Below, piece after piece: positions 37,140 to 49,900 of a DNA stretch of 64,000 nt. This stretch comes from Polymyxa betae A26-41 (lineage: Eukaryota; Protista; Endomyxa: Phytomyxea), in assembly GCA_003693705.1 (NCBI GenBank), contig RBZT01000441.1:62001-126000 (forward strand), given 5' to 3'. The notes beneath the pieces are model-generated. The model saw nothing but the letters and a program-made list of their open reading frames with translations, was not told the DNA's origin and made no database searches. How positions within the stretch are numbered: the stretch's first letter is position 1; the number at the start of each line of letters is the position of its first letter. The position numbers and the translations under genes are program-made.

Positions 37140-38624
37140 ATGGCAATCGGAATTAAACAACTAACAGGCGACATTACACTCGTTAACGACAGAATTTTTG
37201 CCATGTTGTGTGTTGATGCATCAAAACTGGGCTTGCACAATTTGGTGGGTTTTCGATATCAGGTTACTGCTCCAAGACAATCTTCTAGTTCAGTGTAGGT
37301 ATTATTTATACTATCTGATACCTAATGGCTGTTATTTATATAGAAATAGCATAGGCCGCTCGCAGGTCAAAGAACGTCCAAGACGAGCACTGTCCTTGAC
37401 TTCGGTAAGAGGGCCTGACCGTTACGGACTGCGTTCCGGTCTATGTTTGGTTAGATCGCTCTGATCTCGACCAATAGCAGTTAAATTGTGACATTTGACG
37501 GTTACCCTGATGTTAGTTTCTGTCTTAGCTGAGGAGCTTATGATGGTTCGACTGCAGGTATCAAATATCAATCTAGCAGCCGTCGACCTGCTGAGGTTGC
37601 TGTTCTATCAAAACGAAGGGTCCTTAGCTGTTTGCTACCATTTCGCTTGATTCATCGTGATTTTATAGGCAGTTCTTAGCTTATACACGAACCGATGACG
37701 AAGTCTCATTGATCTTGAAACGAAATGATATCAATCCATTCAAAGATATTGCTAATGTCTGTATATCTCCAATGAGTTGGCTGGCTCTAAGCCTCTGTAA
37801 TGACGAAGAAGGTTCCAGGACATTTAGTCTCTGAGCTCTTTGATCATTTGATTTGTTTTAGTGAGTGATGGTCTCGTGAGTAAGCTATTGTCGTTGCTGG
37901 CTACTCAGAATTATTCGATTTTCTACCTGTCGACGGCAACGCAAGATTACATTCTGGTGAAAAGCGACCAGCTCGAGGAAATCTTACGCTGCCTACGAGA
38001 ATCTCTTACTGTTGATATCGACTTCAACGCATCATCGGAGATCGACGAAAGCTCTCGCACAACGCCACGTTCAAATGCTAATAATGAGGGACTGTCGCAA
38101 GTAGGACTAGATGAAGCATCTCGTGAAGTAAAGACGCCTAGCGATTTCGAAGTTAAGCTCGCTTTGCTGCCTGAAGGATTCTGTCTCCATTCTTTATCGC
38201 TTGCGGAACTCGATCGAATAATGAAGCCCCTTATACGGGTTCTATTTATTGAACGCAGCAAACTATCATTTTTCTCTTTTGCTATGGTTGAAGATCAGGT
38301 CCGTTCGGTGAATGTTTAGCACTTTTAGAGAAAGAGATTAATTTGTTTCAGATTTCAATGATCTTGGATAAGGAGTCAGCCAAATTCTTTAGAACGTATG
38401 CCGAGATCGATCAGAAATACAGATGGCGAGCATTTAAAGTGCTTGGTGAATGGGGATTTTCGGAAATCGGCCTCGTGAACTCTCTATCCAGTGCTTTGTC
38501 AAGTGCTGGAGTCGAATCTCCTTTATTCTTATCAACATTCAGTCGAGATTTTATTATTGTCCCTTCTGAGGTGGAAGAAACAGCTAAGGAAGCTTTTATC
38601 AAGGCTGGATTCATGGTCTCTTAG
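37140..38624 (+). CDS. CASTOR/GATSL-like tandem ACT-domain protein (multi-exon; 5' end uncertain)
   Basis: YTRTDDEVSLIL, GLVSKLLSLLA..SIFYLSTATQDYILVK, GFSEIGLVNSLSSALSSAGV...LSTFSRDFIIVP. Confidence 0.82.
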
Positions 38625-38797
38625 ACCAAATATACTTTCACTTAATTATGCATTACCCCAAACGTATCTCCTCTGTGAATAATCCTAAAATATGCATACC
38701 AAGCTATCTTCTAGGAGATTAGAATTGCAAAGTGGGGTCATGGGGACAATAAAGGTTTAGAAATGAGATAAGGCCAATACTGAATATTCAAAATGAA

Positions 38798-39892
38798 TTA
38801 AGCCCGACCAGCCTGTTTCATCACTTCTAACATTAATTTGCCAACAGCAGCGGGAGATTCTGAGACGGCAACCCCAGCTTCTTTTAGAGCAGCGATCTTC
38901 TCCTTGGCACCGCCCTTACCGCCGGAAATAATAGCTCCAGCATGGCCCATACGCCGCCCAGGTGGAGCTGTAAGCCCTGCGATGAAGGCAACCACCGGCT
39001 TGTTCTCGACGTTATTCTCAGCTAAAAAGGCGGCGGCTTTCTCTTCAGCCTGACCACCGATTTCACCGATCATGATAATTCCTGAGTTCTGAGATTACTA
39101 TCCAAGGCATCAATGGCACATCGAATCAACCTTCGGTCTGGGGATCTTTTAGGAATCTGTCAATAACATCGATGAAGTTGGTGCCATTAAAAGGATCACC
39201 CCCAATACCAACACATGTAGACTGTCCAAGCCCAACACTTGTCGTCTGATGAACAGCTTCATACGTTAAAGTTCCCGATCTGGAAACAATGCCGATTTTT
39301 CCTAAAGCGAATGTGAAAATTAGAATAGTAACAGCGATATTTACGATCAAACCTGGGGTGTGGATGTATCCAGGCATAATACCAATCTTGCATTCTCCAG
39401 GCTTGATAATACCTGGGCAGTTCGGTCCAATTAGACGAACGTTAGGCTTCTTCTTCAGAGCCCGCAGGACCTTCACCATATCATGTTGTGGAATACCTAT
39501 AGCAATTTGACATCAAATGCCTGTATGACATAAAATAAAGGGCAACCTTCAGTGATGGTTACAATCAATGGAACATCAGCCTCAATAGCTTCAAGGATGG
39601 CGGCAGCTGCGAATGGAGGCGGCACGTAGATAGCGGTGGCGTCGGCACCAGTTTCTTTAACGGCGTCGGCAACTGTATCAAATACTGGAAGACCTAGGTG
39701 CTCCTTGCCGCCCTTTCCAGGCGAAACACCACCCACAACTTGGGTTCCATACTCAATCGCCTGCTCCGAATGGAACGTCCCCTGCTTTCCCGTGAGCCCT
39801 TGGACGATAACACGAGTGTTTTTATCGACGAAAACGGCCGCTGTCGAGGACAGGGCACGTCGGCATGAGGAGAATGCCCTGTTAAGAAACAT
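38798..39892 (-). CDS. SUCLG1: Succinyl-CoA ligase alpha subunit, mitochondrial (multi-exon)
   Basis: [40 protein letters not shown] phospho-His loop. Confidence 0.98.
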
Positions 39893-40474
39893 CGTGATCT
39901 ATCGTGGCTGTTTTATGGTAAGATGGAATTGCCAGTTAATACGAGACGATATGCGCACTTTCTCTGATTTTTAAGTTCTCTTTTTCTCAAACTTGAACTT
40001 TCAGTCTTTTACTGTCAATCCCAGCTTGAGCTACAGAATTACACAAGCATGTCATCGTCTGATGCACAAGAATTATTCGTGTGTTTTCTGACGGATTCGG
40101 TAATTGGATTTTATAAATACAGGCTATCGAAGAGGTACACAAAATAGTGACACATAAACGGTGGATTTCCTGTTTCAAAATTCTGTGTAGCAAGGCTGGC
40201 TGACTCCTATCTGCTTGTCGACTTGTTTGGCAGTACATTCCAGGAAGGACTCTATACTGGTGATTAATTCAGTGAGACTTGAAATCTGAATATGGTGCTG
40301 ATGGAGTGATGGGTGAAAACCGAAATATGGCATAACTATCATTCTAATCCATGTACTGTATGAAATGCAAGGGTACAGACCCGGTTTAAAAAATTACCGA
40401 CATTTATCTCATTACGTATAGGCAGGGAATTTTGTTAGTAGTAGTAATATATGCAAAACAGAAACCACACAGAA

Positions 40475-41710
40475 TTATACAACGGATATACGACGTGGAC
40501 GAGGCGTCGGAGATGGGATCGGTGCAGTGGTGTTGACGAACGTTGAAGGTGCTGGAGAGGCAATCGTCACTGAAACGGCGACAGGTACGTTTTGCTGTGC
40601 GGCAGTTGCTAGGAGTTGAGAGAGCGATGAAGAATTAGCAGCTGCTGACAGATCGATAGTGGTAGTTGGCGATGCCGATGCAGCCGGAACCAAGGTTGGC
40701 AATGTTGCCGGCGTGCTTGTTATAGGTGCAGTGCTTGGAGATAAGCTGGGGAAGATGACTGGGGTTGTGGATGCAGATGTTGTCGGAGCCGGCGTTATGG
40801 CTGCAGATGTTGTCGGAGCCGGCGTCATGGCTGCAGATGTTGTCGGAGCCGGCGTTATGGCTGCAGATGTTGTCGGAGCCGGCGTTATGGCTGCAGCTGC
40901 AGGTGGTGTTGGGACTGGAGTGGTAGCTGTTGATGGCATGGTGGTGGTCGGTACTGGCGTCACATCTGCAGCTCGTGGACGTCGTGTAGTAGCAGCTGAG
41001 GCTTGGGTCGCGAACGTGCCAATCTTGGCGCAGAGACTGCCATTGCAGGCGTATCCTGATGGGCACCAGCCACAGGTCTTTCCAGAAATATAGGCTGATT
41101 CTCCAACCCAATTGCCAGCTGATTTATAGTGGCAGACATAGACCTGGACCTGAGGTTTTCCCAATAGGTTCGAGCATGTCGTTTGAGCACAACCAACAAA
41201 TTCGGTTGTAGCCCAGACCATCTGTTTATAGTGACCGCACGCTTTACCAGGTGTACACGATAACAGGGCGAAATCGTAATCTTTTGCCTAGACAGATCAT
41301 CATTTCAGCTCATGGTTCGGCAACAATTATCATTCAGTGAAACAATGGTTTGACGATGTGAAAAGTTTGGCAATTACCTCAGCAGCCCATGCCGAAGCAG
41401 CATCGGTGATGTTCATAGCAGGCCAACCCCAGGCCAAATTCTCACCGTATGATGTCGAGCTGTGTCCAGTTGGGCATGTGTTAGCATATGCCAATGCTGA
41501 CGCTTCCAAATTCGAATCCCACAGCATCGTCAGCATATTCATAGCAGTCGGCGACACATTGCTGCGAACTTGATTGTGCACAGCCAATACGGCGGCCTTG
41601 TCATAATCTGTTAGGGCAGCGTGACTGCTGCAAACAATCACAGCGATCAGAATTAGATGTAATTCGAGCAATGTCGGCATTGGATAAGTTAAAGATATAT
41701 CATGAGTCAA
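40475..41710 (-). CDS. Secreted CAP/SCP/PR-1 protein with Thr/Pro/Ala mucin tail (2 exons)
   Basis: Signal peptide, HNQVR, WDSNL, GENL, GHYKQMVWATT..GC, CHYKSAGN. Confidence 0.93.
40770..40895 (-). repeat. 30-bp coding tandem repeat x4 (TPAPTTSAAI)
   Basis: gctgcagatgttgtcggagccggcgttatg repeated on the plus strand. Confidence 0.9.
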
Positions 41711-42186
41711 TGCAATTAGAGACTTAAGAATGGCATGGCAAATGACTCAGCATGCAGTATGTATTATTTCCAATGTGCATCTTATCGCATCATATTGTGT
41801 ATAAGATCATAAGCAGACAGTTCAGCAAAAGATCGCCGTTCTCACTCATGCCAACTCAGTAAAATCGATTAATAAAACCAGGAGTCGCGATCGTATGACA
41901 GAACTATACAAATCATCGATCGGGCTTTCGATATCGCAGACAAACCTGTCAGACACTATTCCAGCAATGCAGCGAGCACGCCGCCCAGCATCCGTAAACC
42001 ACCACCACCAGCCTGAATATAGACTGCGACGACACCATGGAACTTTCCCGGAATATTCGAGTAGACACCCTTGTCATATGTCAAATGACCGATCCGAAAC
42101 GCACCAACTTCCGAGTCATTCAGTCTTCCGCATTGTTTTAGCATCAAGCTTGTTGTGTCTGTCATTCTACCAGCATCAGATCAAGC

Positions 42187-43386
42187 ATGAGCGCCATCGA
42201 AATGCCTCGCATCGCCGGCGAGACGCCGTCTGATCGCGAACATCTTGACCATAATAAGTATCTCAGCCCTCACCTGATTGTTCGTTATGCCATTGTCGGC
42301 TGGTGTCTGTCCAAGTTCAATGGGCTTGGCTATATCGGTCGTACCAACATCCAGCAGATGCACGCCTTAGCGGAAACTGTCCAGAAACAGGAAAACGAAC
42401 AGCAGTCGTCACGCCTCGAGCCGCTTCGAGTCGCCGAAAATCGCATCCGAAACGACGTTCTGCAAGATTTTATCAAGTATGTTTGCGACCCGAAAACTGG
42501 TAGAGAATTTGACTGCGATCGGACCAACTTTATGTTCCAGTCATGTACTTCTGCACTTTTATATTGTGTAGCCCGGGCATTACCCGATCGGTTCCCAGAT
42601 CCCCGCGATCTCATGATTCTAAACTCGTACGATTATGTCGAAGGATACCTGAACACCTATAACGATTACTGCTCGAACCGTTACGATTTCTTGGTTTTCA
42701 CGCAATCGCTCGGGAAGACAATCCGTGAATATTTCCGCCGCTTTCAGCTCGGACTAGAGAACGGATCCATTCGTCTGGATCCGCGATATCGTCAGCATTT
42801 CCGAAACAGCCTGCTTGCCGCTTTCGACAAGATTCGCGACGATCTCGGTGAAGAGTACTGGAAGAACGAGTTCCCTCTTCGAAATCCAGAGGAACCTCTC
42901 CCAGAAACTCGCTCTTACGATTTGAATGACGAATCGCAAGTCTATGATTGGGACGTCGACGATGTCCCTGCCGGAGGTCGCATCGTCCTCCGACAGCCGT
43001 ACGCACCCATCTTGGAGGCACATCAGCGCGCCAAATTGAAAGTGCTCCTGCATGTACTGGATGCTCTGCAGCGGTACCAATCAGATCAAGGTGTCACCCG
43101 GGAACACGCGATCGCCTTATTAGCCTGTTTCGAAGACAAAGCACACCAGCTTCTGCACAACATGGGTGTACCAGACGACGATATCCTTCCACTGCGTGCA
43201 TCTGCCCATGCTGATCTCGTATGTATTTGCCAGCTTGCATGCGAGTCCCAGAGAGCCGGTAACGTTCCAGAGTCCGAACAAGGTCGTCGCGATGAAGAAA
43301 CTGACGATCAGTCTCAGCTGAGACAGGAGAAGATTGTTCAGCAGATGATGTCCAACATGAACATTCAGCCATCCAGCTCCGAATAG
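42187..43386 (+). CDS. Orphan 399-aa helical protein, candidate effector family member
   Basis: Long intronless ORF; N-terminus shared with the signal-peptide-bearing fragment at 24.2-24.35 kb. Confidence 0.75.
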   Translation: MSAIEMPRIAGETPSDREHLDHNKYLSPHLIVRYAIVGWCLSKFNGLGYIGRTNIQQMHALAETVQKQENEQQSSRLEPLRVAENRIRNDVLQDFIKYVCDPKTGREFDCDRTNFMFQSCTSALLYCVARALPDRFPDPRDLMILNSYDYVEGYLNTYNDYCSNRYDFLVFTQSLGKTIREYFRRFQLGLENGSIRLDPRYRQHFRNSLLAAFDKIRDDLGEEYWKNEFPLRNPEEPLPETRSYDLNDESQVYDWDVDDVPAGGRIVLRQPYAPILEAHQRAKLKVLLHVLDALQRYQSDQGVTREHAIALLACFEDKAHQLLHNMGVPDDDILPLRASAHADLVCICQLACESQRAGNVPESEQGRRDEETDDQSQLRQEKIVQQMMSNMNIQPSSSE

Positions 43387-43670
43387 ATGGGATTTGCTCA
43401 TCTGTCCATACATGGTGTTCACTAGATCTATCGTATCATAGAGATGTATGTTTAATGCAGAAAGAGCTTTAATATTGTGCATTCAGAAGATCGACTTTTG
43501 TTGCGTATTTTTTCGTGTCATGAGCGCAACCATTGACAGCCTCTTTCGTGATAATGCGCATAGCGACCTTTTGGTAGAGCAATTTACAATTCAGAATTCG
43601 TCCATGCGGTTCTGTTTCGAACAGGAGCCAGTAAAGCCTCAGAACTGCATAAATGCGACCTGGAAGAAAC

Positions 43671-43872
43671 TTTCACAGCCTGTCATTATCAACAAACTGT
43701 CGAATCGAATCGAATCCAACAGTGTCATTCTCTAACCTGTGTGAATCGAACCTGTGTCTTCGCGATTCAATCATTAACGGTCCGGCTTTGCTTGTCTGAA
43801 GCACAGGTTAGAGAATGACACTGTTGGATTCGATTCGATTCGACAGTTTGTTGATAATGACAGGCTGTGAAA
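43671..43872. repeat. Perfect 71-bp inverted repeat with 60-bp spacer
   Basis: 43671-43741 is the exact reverse complement of 43802-43872. Confidence 0.95.
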
Positions 43873-44496
43873 CGTCCATAGCACAAAGGAGGCTGAGAGG
43901 TACGGTACGCCGGCCTACCGTTGCGAACTTCTGAATCTACTCTAGTTTCAATTGTATTTCTCAAAATCAACGCACATTTTAAAACGTGCGAAAAATACTG
44001 TCCTCAAAAATCGAAAGTGTTGGACTGTGAGTTGCTTCGCAGTTTTAGGACAGTTTTGCCCATCCGAATTCCAAAAACGGAAGAACCTCTATCAACTTCC
44101 GGACATATAACGCCTTACCAAGTTATAAAATATTCAAATTCAAGACGTCAATTGATCAGGCTCGTCGAGATCTGCCTTTTGACGTCTTGTTTGCATTAAT
44201 TGGACCGACCCCGAGGCTCCTGTAATATCTTCGCTATGGAGGACGCTCTTTAAAAAAGTTGATTAAGATGTCCGCTACCGTAGGAGCTCCTACCGTTACC
44301 TCAACTTGCCAACTTATTAGGTATACGTAACTTTTGTGATAAATTACTCTTTTGTTTGTGAAATCAACGAATCTTGTCCGGGAAAAAGCCATACTTTCAC
44401 AATGTGCGCTCGCACTTTATCTGAAAATCGATTTCAAACAAATGTTGAATAAAGATGGGTCGCGCTGTAGGCCGCAGACCTTCTGTAGGCCGGAGA

Positions 44497-44532
44497 CCCC
44501 GGCACCCCGACCCCGTCACCCCGACCCCGCCC
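44497..44532 (-). promoter_or_regulatory. Potential G-quadruplex upstream of GTPase copy 1
   Basis: Minus strand GGGCGGGGTCGGGGTGACGGGGTCGGGGTGCCGGGG, ending 25 bp before the ATG. Confidence 0.5.
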
Positions 44533-44557
44533 AGGTCAGAGCCACAATCCATTTACA

Positions 44558-45841
44558 ATGCGGATCATCAGTATTGTTGTCCTGTTAGGCCTCGTTGGAA
44601 GTCATTGTGCTGTCAAGGCGGGCTTCGCTCCTCATGAATACGGATGCTCCCGATTCAACAACTATCTGGGTCCGCAACACAACTGGGAGAACGATCTCGC
44701 CCCTGCATTTCTGCACAACGATTTCGTCGTTGTGATCCATGGTGTGGTGGGCGCCGGAAAATCGTCCCTCATTAAACTGCTCTGTGGACACCAGAATGAT
44801 CTACAGATCGGCCAAAAACTCCCAGACAGCAGCAACATTCGCAGTGTCACCGACCGAGCCAACGTTTATAATTGCCGGTCTCGAACCAGTCCTCAGTCCG
44901 CCACCATCTTTGTCATCGATACTCCCGGCTTCGAAGAACCCAACGAGGCAGGCCAACTATGCGCCCTAGAAGGCGTCGACCGTGCACTTCGATTTGCCCG
45001 AGAACAGCGAGCCCCTCTCCGGCGAATCTATTTCTTAATGGACTGGTCCGACCCCAAAGAACCCATCCCGCTCAATCTGGAAAACCACCTCCATATCCTG
45101 CTTGCCCGCTATGGATCCTTGGTCGCATCGCGGATCCGCTTCGTCATCAGCAAGTCGGATCGGTTGTATCGAATGGGACGGCCCCAGGTCCATATTAAGC
45201 AAATGGTGGCGTTTACTGGGCAATGCTATAAAAATGTATTCCAGCTGGCTATGGTTCCCAAGCAGATGGTTTTTGTGTCCTTAAATGCTGAATACGGGGA
45301 TTGTCCTACCATTCGACAGCTCACGACTGATTTTGGTTGGAGCGTCGGAGGAAATGATGCTCGGACTGAGCTCTGATGGACCCTTGGATGCCAAATTGGA
45401 GCATTTTACGTCCATTCGTCAATTACATTTGTAAATATGCAGCAGCATAGTCAGAAAGCATTTCTTGCAAATATGCAGCAGCATGATCAGAAGGAGTTGC
45501 TGAATACTGTATCGTTGCCAGGCGTTCGTTGCGGTTATGATAATTTACTGGATCTGAGAATGGACACTCAAAAGACCATAACTGCTGCAAAAGAGATTTT
45601 ACGTTTATTGCAAAGAAGCGCGTTCGACATGAGACAAGCACTCTTTGATCAAACTGTTACTTCCAATGTGTTCAAAGCAGCGTCGTACGCTGGCACCGCG
45701 GCGGGGTATGCAGTGCCAGTCGTCGCTCCAGTTGCCATCGCTATCCGTATGATAGGCGGTGGATGCGAAAGTTTGGCGGATAACAGTGCAATCCTTTTAA
45801 AAGAAGTTGAGGAAAACATCAATAAGTGCAAAACAGACTAG
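44558..45841 (+). CDS. Secreted TRAFAC-class P-loop GTPase, copy 1 (in-frame TGA at 45374-45376)
   Basis: Signal peptide MRIISIVVLLGLVGSHCAVKA; G1 GVVGAGKS, G2 SVT, G3 DTPG, G4 SKSD; ORF 45437-45841 is in the same frame beyond a single TGA. Confidence 0.8.
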
Positions 45842-46950
45842 ATGGTCTTCCGCAAGATCTTGCAATCATGTGTGGCAATGCATCCCGCCAATGAATTTCC
45901 AAAACGTTTTGAATAAAATGCTGTATATTTGATGACTTGATTTCTGTTCTGCTCTTTCTGTGCGGCGACAAACTCGTCAAAGGCAGCCGCACAGGCAAGT
46001 TTGCAATCCAACTGGGATGCTATTGCATAGGCTGCTGGTTTCCTGCCAGTTGATCATTATCACGTTGGTCCTTTGGAACCAGGTTGCCGAGGCGCTCCTG
46101 TAATCATGTACATACATGACATCGCCCGTACACCGGACGGAGTCTAGAATGTAACGTGCTGCGAGTGACGGAGCACTCTCGAGAAATTCCAATTTTCAAT
46201 GCGCACTGTGTCAGGCTCCTCTTTTGAGCTTTCGAACAAATGTTGTTGGTAATGAATATACAAACTGTTTATCATCTAGTTTATTATCGCAAACATTCTA
46301 CCTGCAGATTCCACACATACAGCATGCAATGTCATCGTCGTCAAACGCAGCGCCGTCGTCCGTCTCCACCTTCGTCCTCGTACAGTGACTGGGACTCAAC
46401 TCAGCGAGACATCTTCAATCCCAGGTTCGCCAGCATGCGAATAGCGCGACGAGCGGCCCCAGCAGCGACATTGACCCGCACAGCCACCACGAAAACAAAA
46501 CGGTTCCCAGCGGACCTGATTCCGGCAAGCTGCTCCCGTTCCAACGGCGCGGCACCGAATCGCTCCAAGGCCCCGAGCCCACCATCCCATCGAAGACGGC
46601 GATGATGCCGAAACGATCAGCGAAGAGAGCTCATGTGGATACACAGCCCATAAACACACACAATAATGTGGTGGGAATGAGTCCGCCCAATCCATCTATC
46701 AGATCCGAAAAGAGAGGCCGGATGAGACTATATAGAATCGCGCTGATGACTCATCCATCCTTCTCATCAATAGATCCAGAAAATCTCATCCATCAGGAGA
46801 TCAATTATCAATAGCGTGATTGTTGTCATTGCCCATACACAAGATGGGTCATCCGACCTTGGTCGGATGACGATTTTGCGACACAGACGTGGGTGGTCGG
46901 GGGCTATGGGATTGCGGCAACACCTGTTGATACATTTTCATTTTGTCATC

Positions 46951-48245
46951 ATGAATCAGCGACTGTCGTTCACCATCATTGCGTTGGTCTTTGGGTGCAT
47001 TGTTCCTAACATTCATGCAGCAGGCAATTATGGATGCAGGGGAGCGGCGCATACAAAGGAATCACCTGACTTGTGTTTTCGCCCCATCATTATGACCTTT
47101 CTCTGACGAAATATCTGGGTCCACAATCTCACAATGAGGAGTGGGAAAACTATTTGGCGGAATGTCTTTCAAACGGCAGTTTTACTACTGTCGTTCATGG
47201 CGTTGCTGGTGCTGGGAAATCACGTTTTATAGAGGGCCTGATTGGGATGGAGCCAGACACAATATCTGGACGCAAGAAACAATCGGAACCTAAAACTACC
47301 CCGACTTTGATTAGCGGTGTTACTCAGGAATGCACCGTCTACTCAGACATTAACGACGAGGTCAATTTCTGGCATGTGATTGACACACCAGGTTTCGGAT
47401 AGGCGAAAGAGCCTGGCCAAAATATGGTAGCTAAGTCCCTTGATGCCTGCTTCGAAATGATCAAAGCTACAAATGCGCCCTGCAAACGAATATATTACAT
47501 GATCGATGAAACGAAGGCGCGCGATGAAGTTCCTCCGTCAATATTGGAGAACCTGCAAGCCTTGGCCTTAACTTATGGTCCCTCATTCGCTGATTATTTT
47601 CGATTTGTGGTTAGTAAGTGCGACATGCTATCTCTTAAAAAGGATATATTCGTGAATACCAAGAATAATCTGATCGCCGCATTCCGGGAAGCATGTGGAG
47701 TTGACTTGGTACAAGATCCAGTTCTGTATATTTCGACATCAAATGTTGAAGGACACAATTGTTTTCGTCATTTGTTTCTGGACGTGGCCAAGCCCTCAGG
47801 AGAAGGTTTACTCTTGCAACAAAGTGAAAGTTCCTTTTCCAGACAGGCTCGGACCCTTGAACAATTCAAAGCCCGTGTTATGCCGAGTGCTCTCAAATAT
47901 AAGGTACACGCTGGCGATCAGTGGAAGTATCGATCGCACGATGTCCTCCAGCATGATTATGACTTCTCGATCGACAAATCGTCAATATTGAAGATTGGGA
48001 ATTCCACAAAGAATGCCCAAGACGAAACGTTGAAATATCTGACTTTCCTCAATTCGTATATTGATGCTCAAGATTACGTTCTAAAGTACGAAATTAAGGA
48101 CTGTGAAGATTGTGATTGTGCGAATCAGGCCAGACAACTCTTTAAAGGACTGAAAAACGTGGCTATCTCGGATCGTGATCTGGTAAAAGGAGCGTTTGAA
48201 ACTATTGCAAATCTGCCGAGCTGCACACTGGCAAGCTTTGCATAA
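46951..48245 (+). pseudogene. Secreted GTPase copy 2 with nonsense codon after G3
   Basis: Signal peptide MNQRLSFTIIALVFGCIVPNIHA; GVAGAGKS, DTPGFG*AKEP (TAG 47400-47402, frame continues), SKCD; first-intron splice sites appear mutated. Confidence 0.75.
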
Positions 48246-49247
48246 TTGTACGATGGGAATACAGAGAGATTTGTTTTGCAATTTCGTTATACGCTATGAT
48301 GTAGTGGTGTATCGAACGGTTGTTCGACAGTTAATGGGACAAGTCCTGTATTAATGTATAAATAACGCGCCTGTAGTGTCTCGTATACCTGTGAAAGAAC
48401 CTACCAGGAGCCTATGCTTAAGGGTCCTCTACTCCTGTTCCAGAGAACATCTCCTACTCCTGCCAGATGCTAACAGACTACCTGACTGACAGCGACAATT
48501 CGAAGGCATCGGATCGCTTCAAGATTACATGGGTACTGGAGACTACTGTATTGTGGAAATTATGTGCAGTGATGATCTCAGACAAGGTAATCGTGTATGT
48601 CATATGGTACCCGTCTCCTTAACACGACATTTTTACATAGGGCCACGGAATTTTGGATCCAATATTTCCCAAAGACAGATTCTCGTCACGACATCGGATT
48701 TCGGCAAAAAAATATTCACGGAGTTTATTCAACAATGACGCATTTTTATTGATAACAAAGTGCGCAGTGGCGCATTTTTATTTATCACATTGGGAAAAAT
48801 TGAAAGTGTCGAGCTACCGTAGGTAAGATGGCGGGTATACATGTTGTTGTGGCTGTACATATATGGGACCCCGTATGGAACCAACATATTCCCTTGGTAC
48901 CTATGATCCAGCCTTCGCCTACGATCACCTCAAGCTTGCAACCACCATGACACCTTAGCGTACAGATTATCTACAAGGCGTTGCAGTTCCAATTCAACCA
49001 CATTCCCGACGTCGTCTTGGAGAGCTTCGTGTTCGTCATGACTGATTCGTTCAGATTGCTAGGTCAGGGGATACTTGTAGAGCCAGTTGGTCGTACTGTA
49101 TCAAGACATATAACTATGGTAAGTGCCATAATAAGGGGACTGATCATATCCACGTTCAAATGGAAGCCACAGAACATATCCGTGCTGGTCTATGGGGTCT
49201 CGTGGTCTACGAGATAGACCTGCCGCACCACTTGTCATTTTGTCATC

Positions 49248-49900
49248 ATGAATCAGCGACTGTCGCTCACCATCTTGTGTTGGTCTTTGTTTGCATTGTT
49301 CCCAACAGTCACACAGACCGTTATGGAGGCAGGGGAGGGTCGCTTAGACACCAATCATCTGAACCGAAGTTTGTTATATGACCGTCTCTAGACAATTTCT
49401 GGGTCGACCAGCTCACAACGATGCCTGCCAAGATGATATGATTCAATGTCTATCAAACGGCAGTTTTACTGCTGTCGTTCATGGCGTTATGGGTGATGGG
49501 AAATCACGTTTGGTAGAGACTCGGATTATTATCAGACCAGGAACAATATCTGGATACGAATTCACAATCCACTCGAGAATGCGTCGTTTACGATGACGTT
49601 ATTGCTTGTAATGGCACCTTTATATAATCAACACATCGGTTTTGGAAAACAACCCGGTACTGGTGATGATACTATTGTGCAACAATCCAACAAATTGGTA
49701 TTGACGCACCCTTAAAGCGAATCTATTTGATGTTAGATTTCTACCCATCGAGAGATCAAATTCCCCCTTCAAGCTGCAAACGTTGTTTTCAGCTTACGGT
49801 CCAGAAATCATAGACAGTTTCCGATTTGTTATGAGCCAGTGTGACCGATTGGAATATCGTCGGCAATCTATCGTTGATGTTTAAGCGATGCTTATTACGA
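49248..49900 (+). pseudogene. Secreted GTPase copy 3, heavily decayed
   Basis: atgaatcagcgactgtcg start shared with copy 2; CLSNGSFTAVVHGVMGDGKS; remnants KRIY and FRFVMSQCD; several frameshifts; 3' limit approximate. Confidence 0.8.

Noticed and set aside
40635-41111. Alternative-frame and antisense repeat ORFs over the CAP tail
   Set aside because: Shadows of the 30-bp coding repeat; the same applies to most short antisense ORFs in the track
45374-47402. Alternative genetic code or selenocysteine explaining the in-frame stops
   Set aside because: TGA, TAG and TAA all terminate conserved genes in this window; the two stops are different codons; no SECIS recognised
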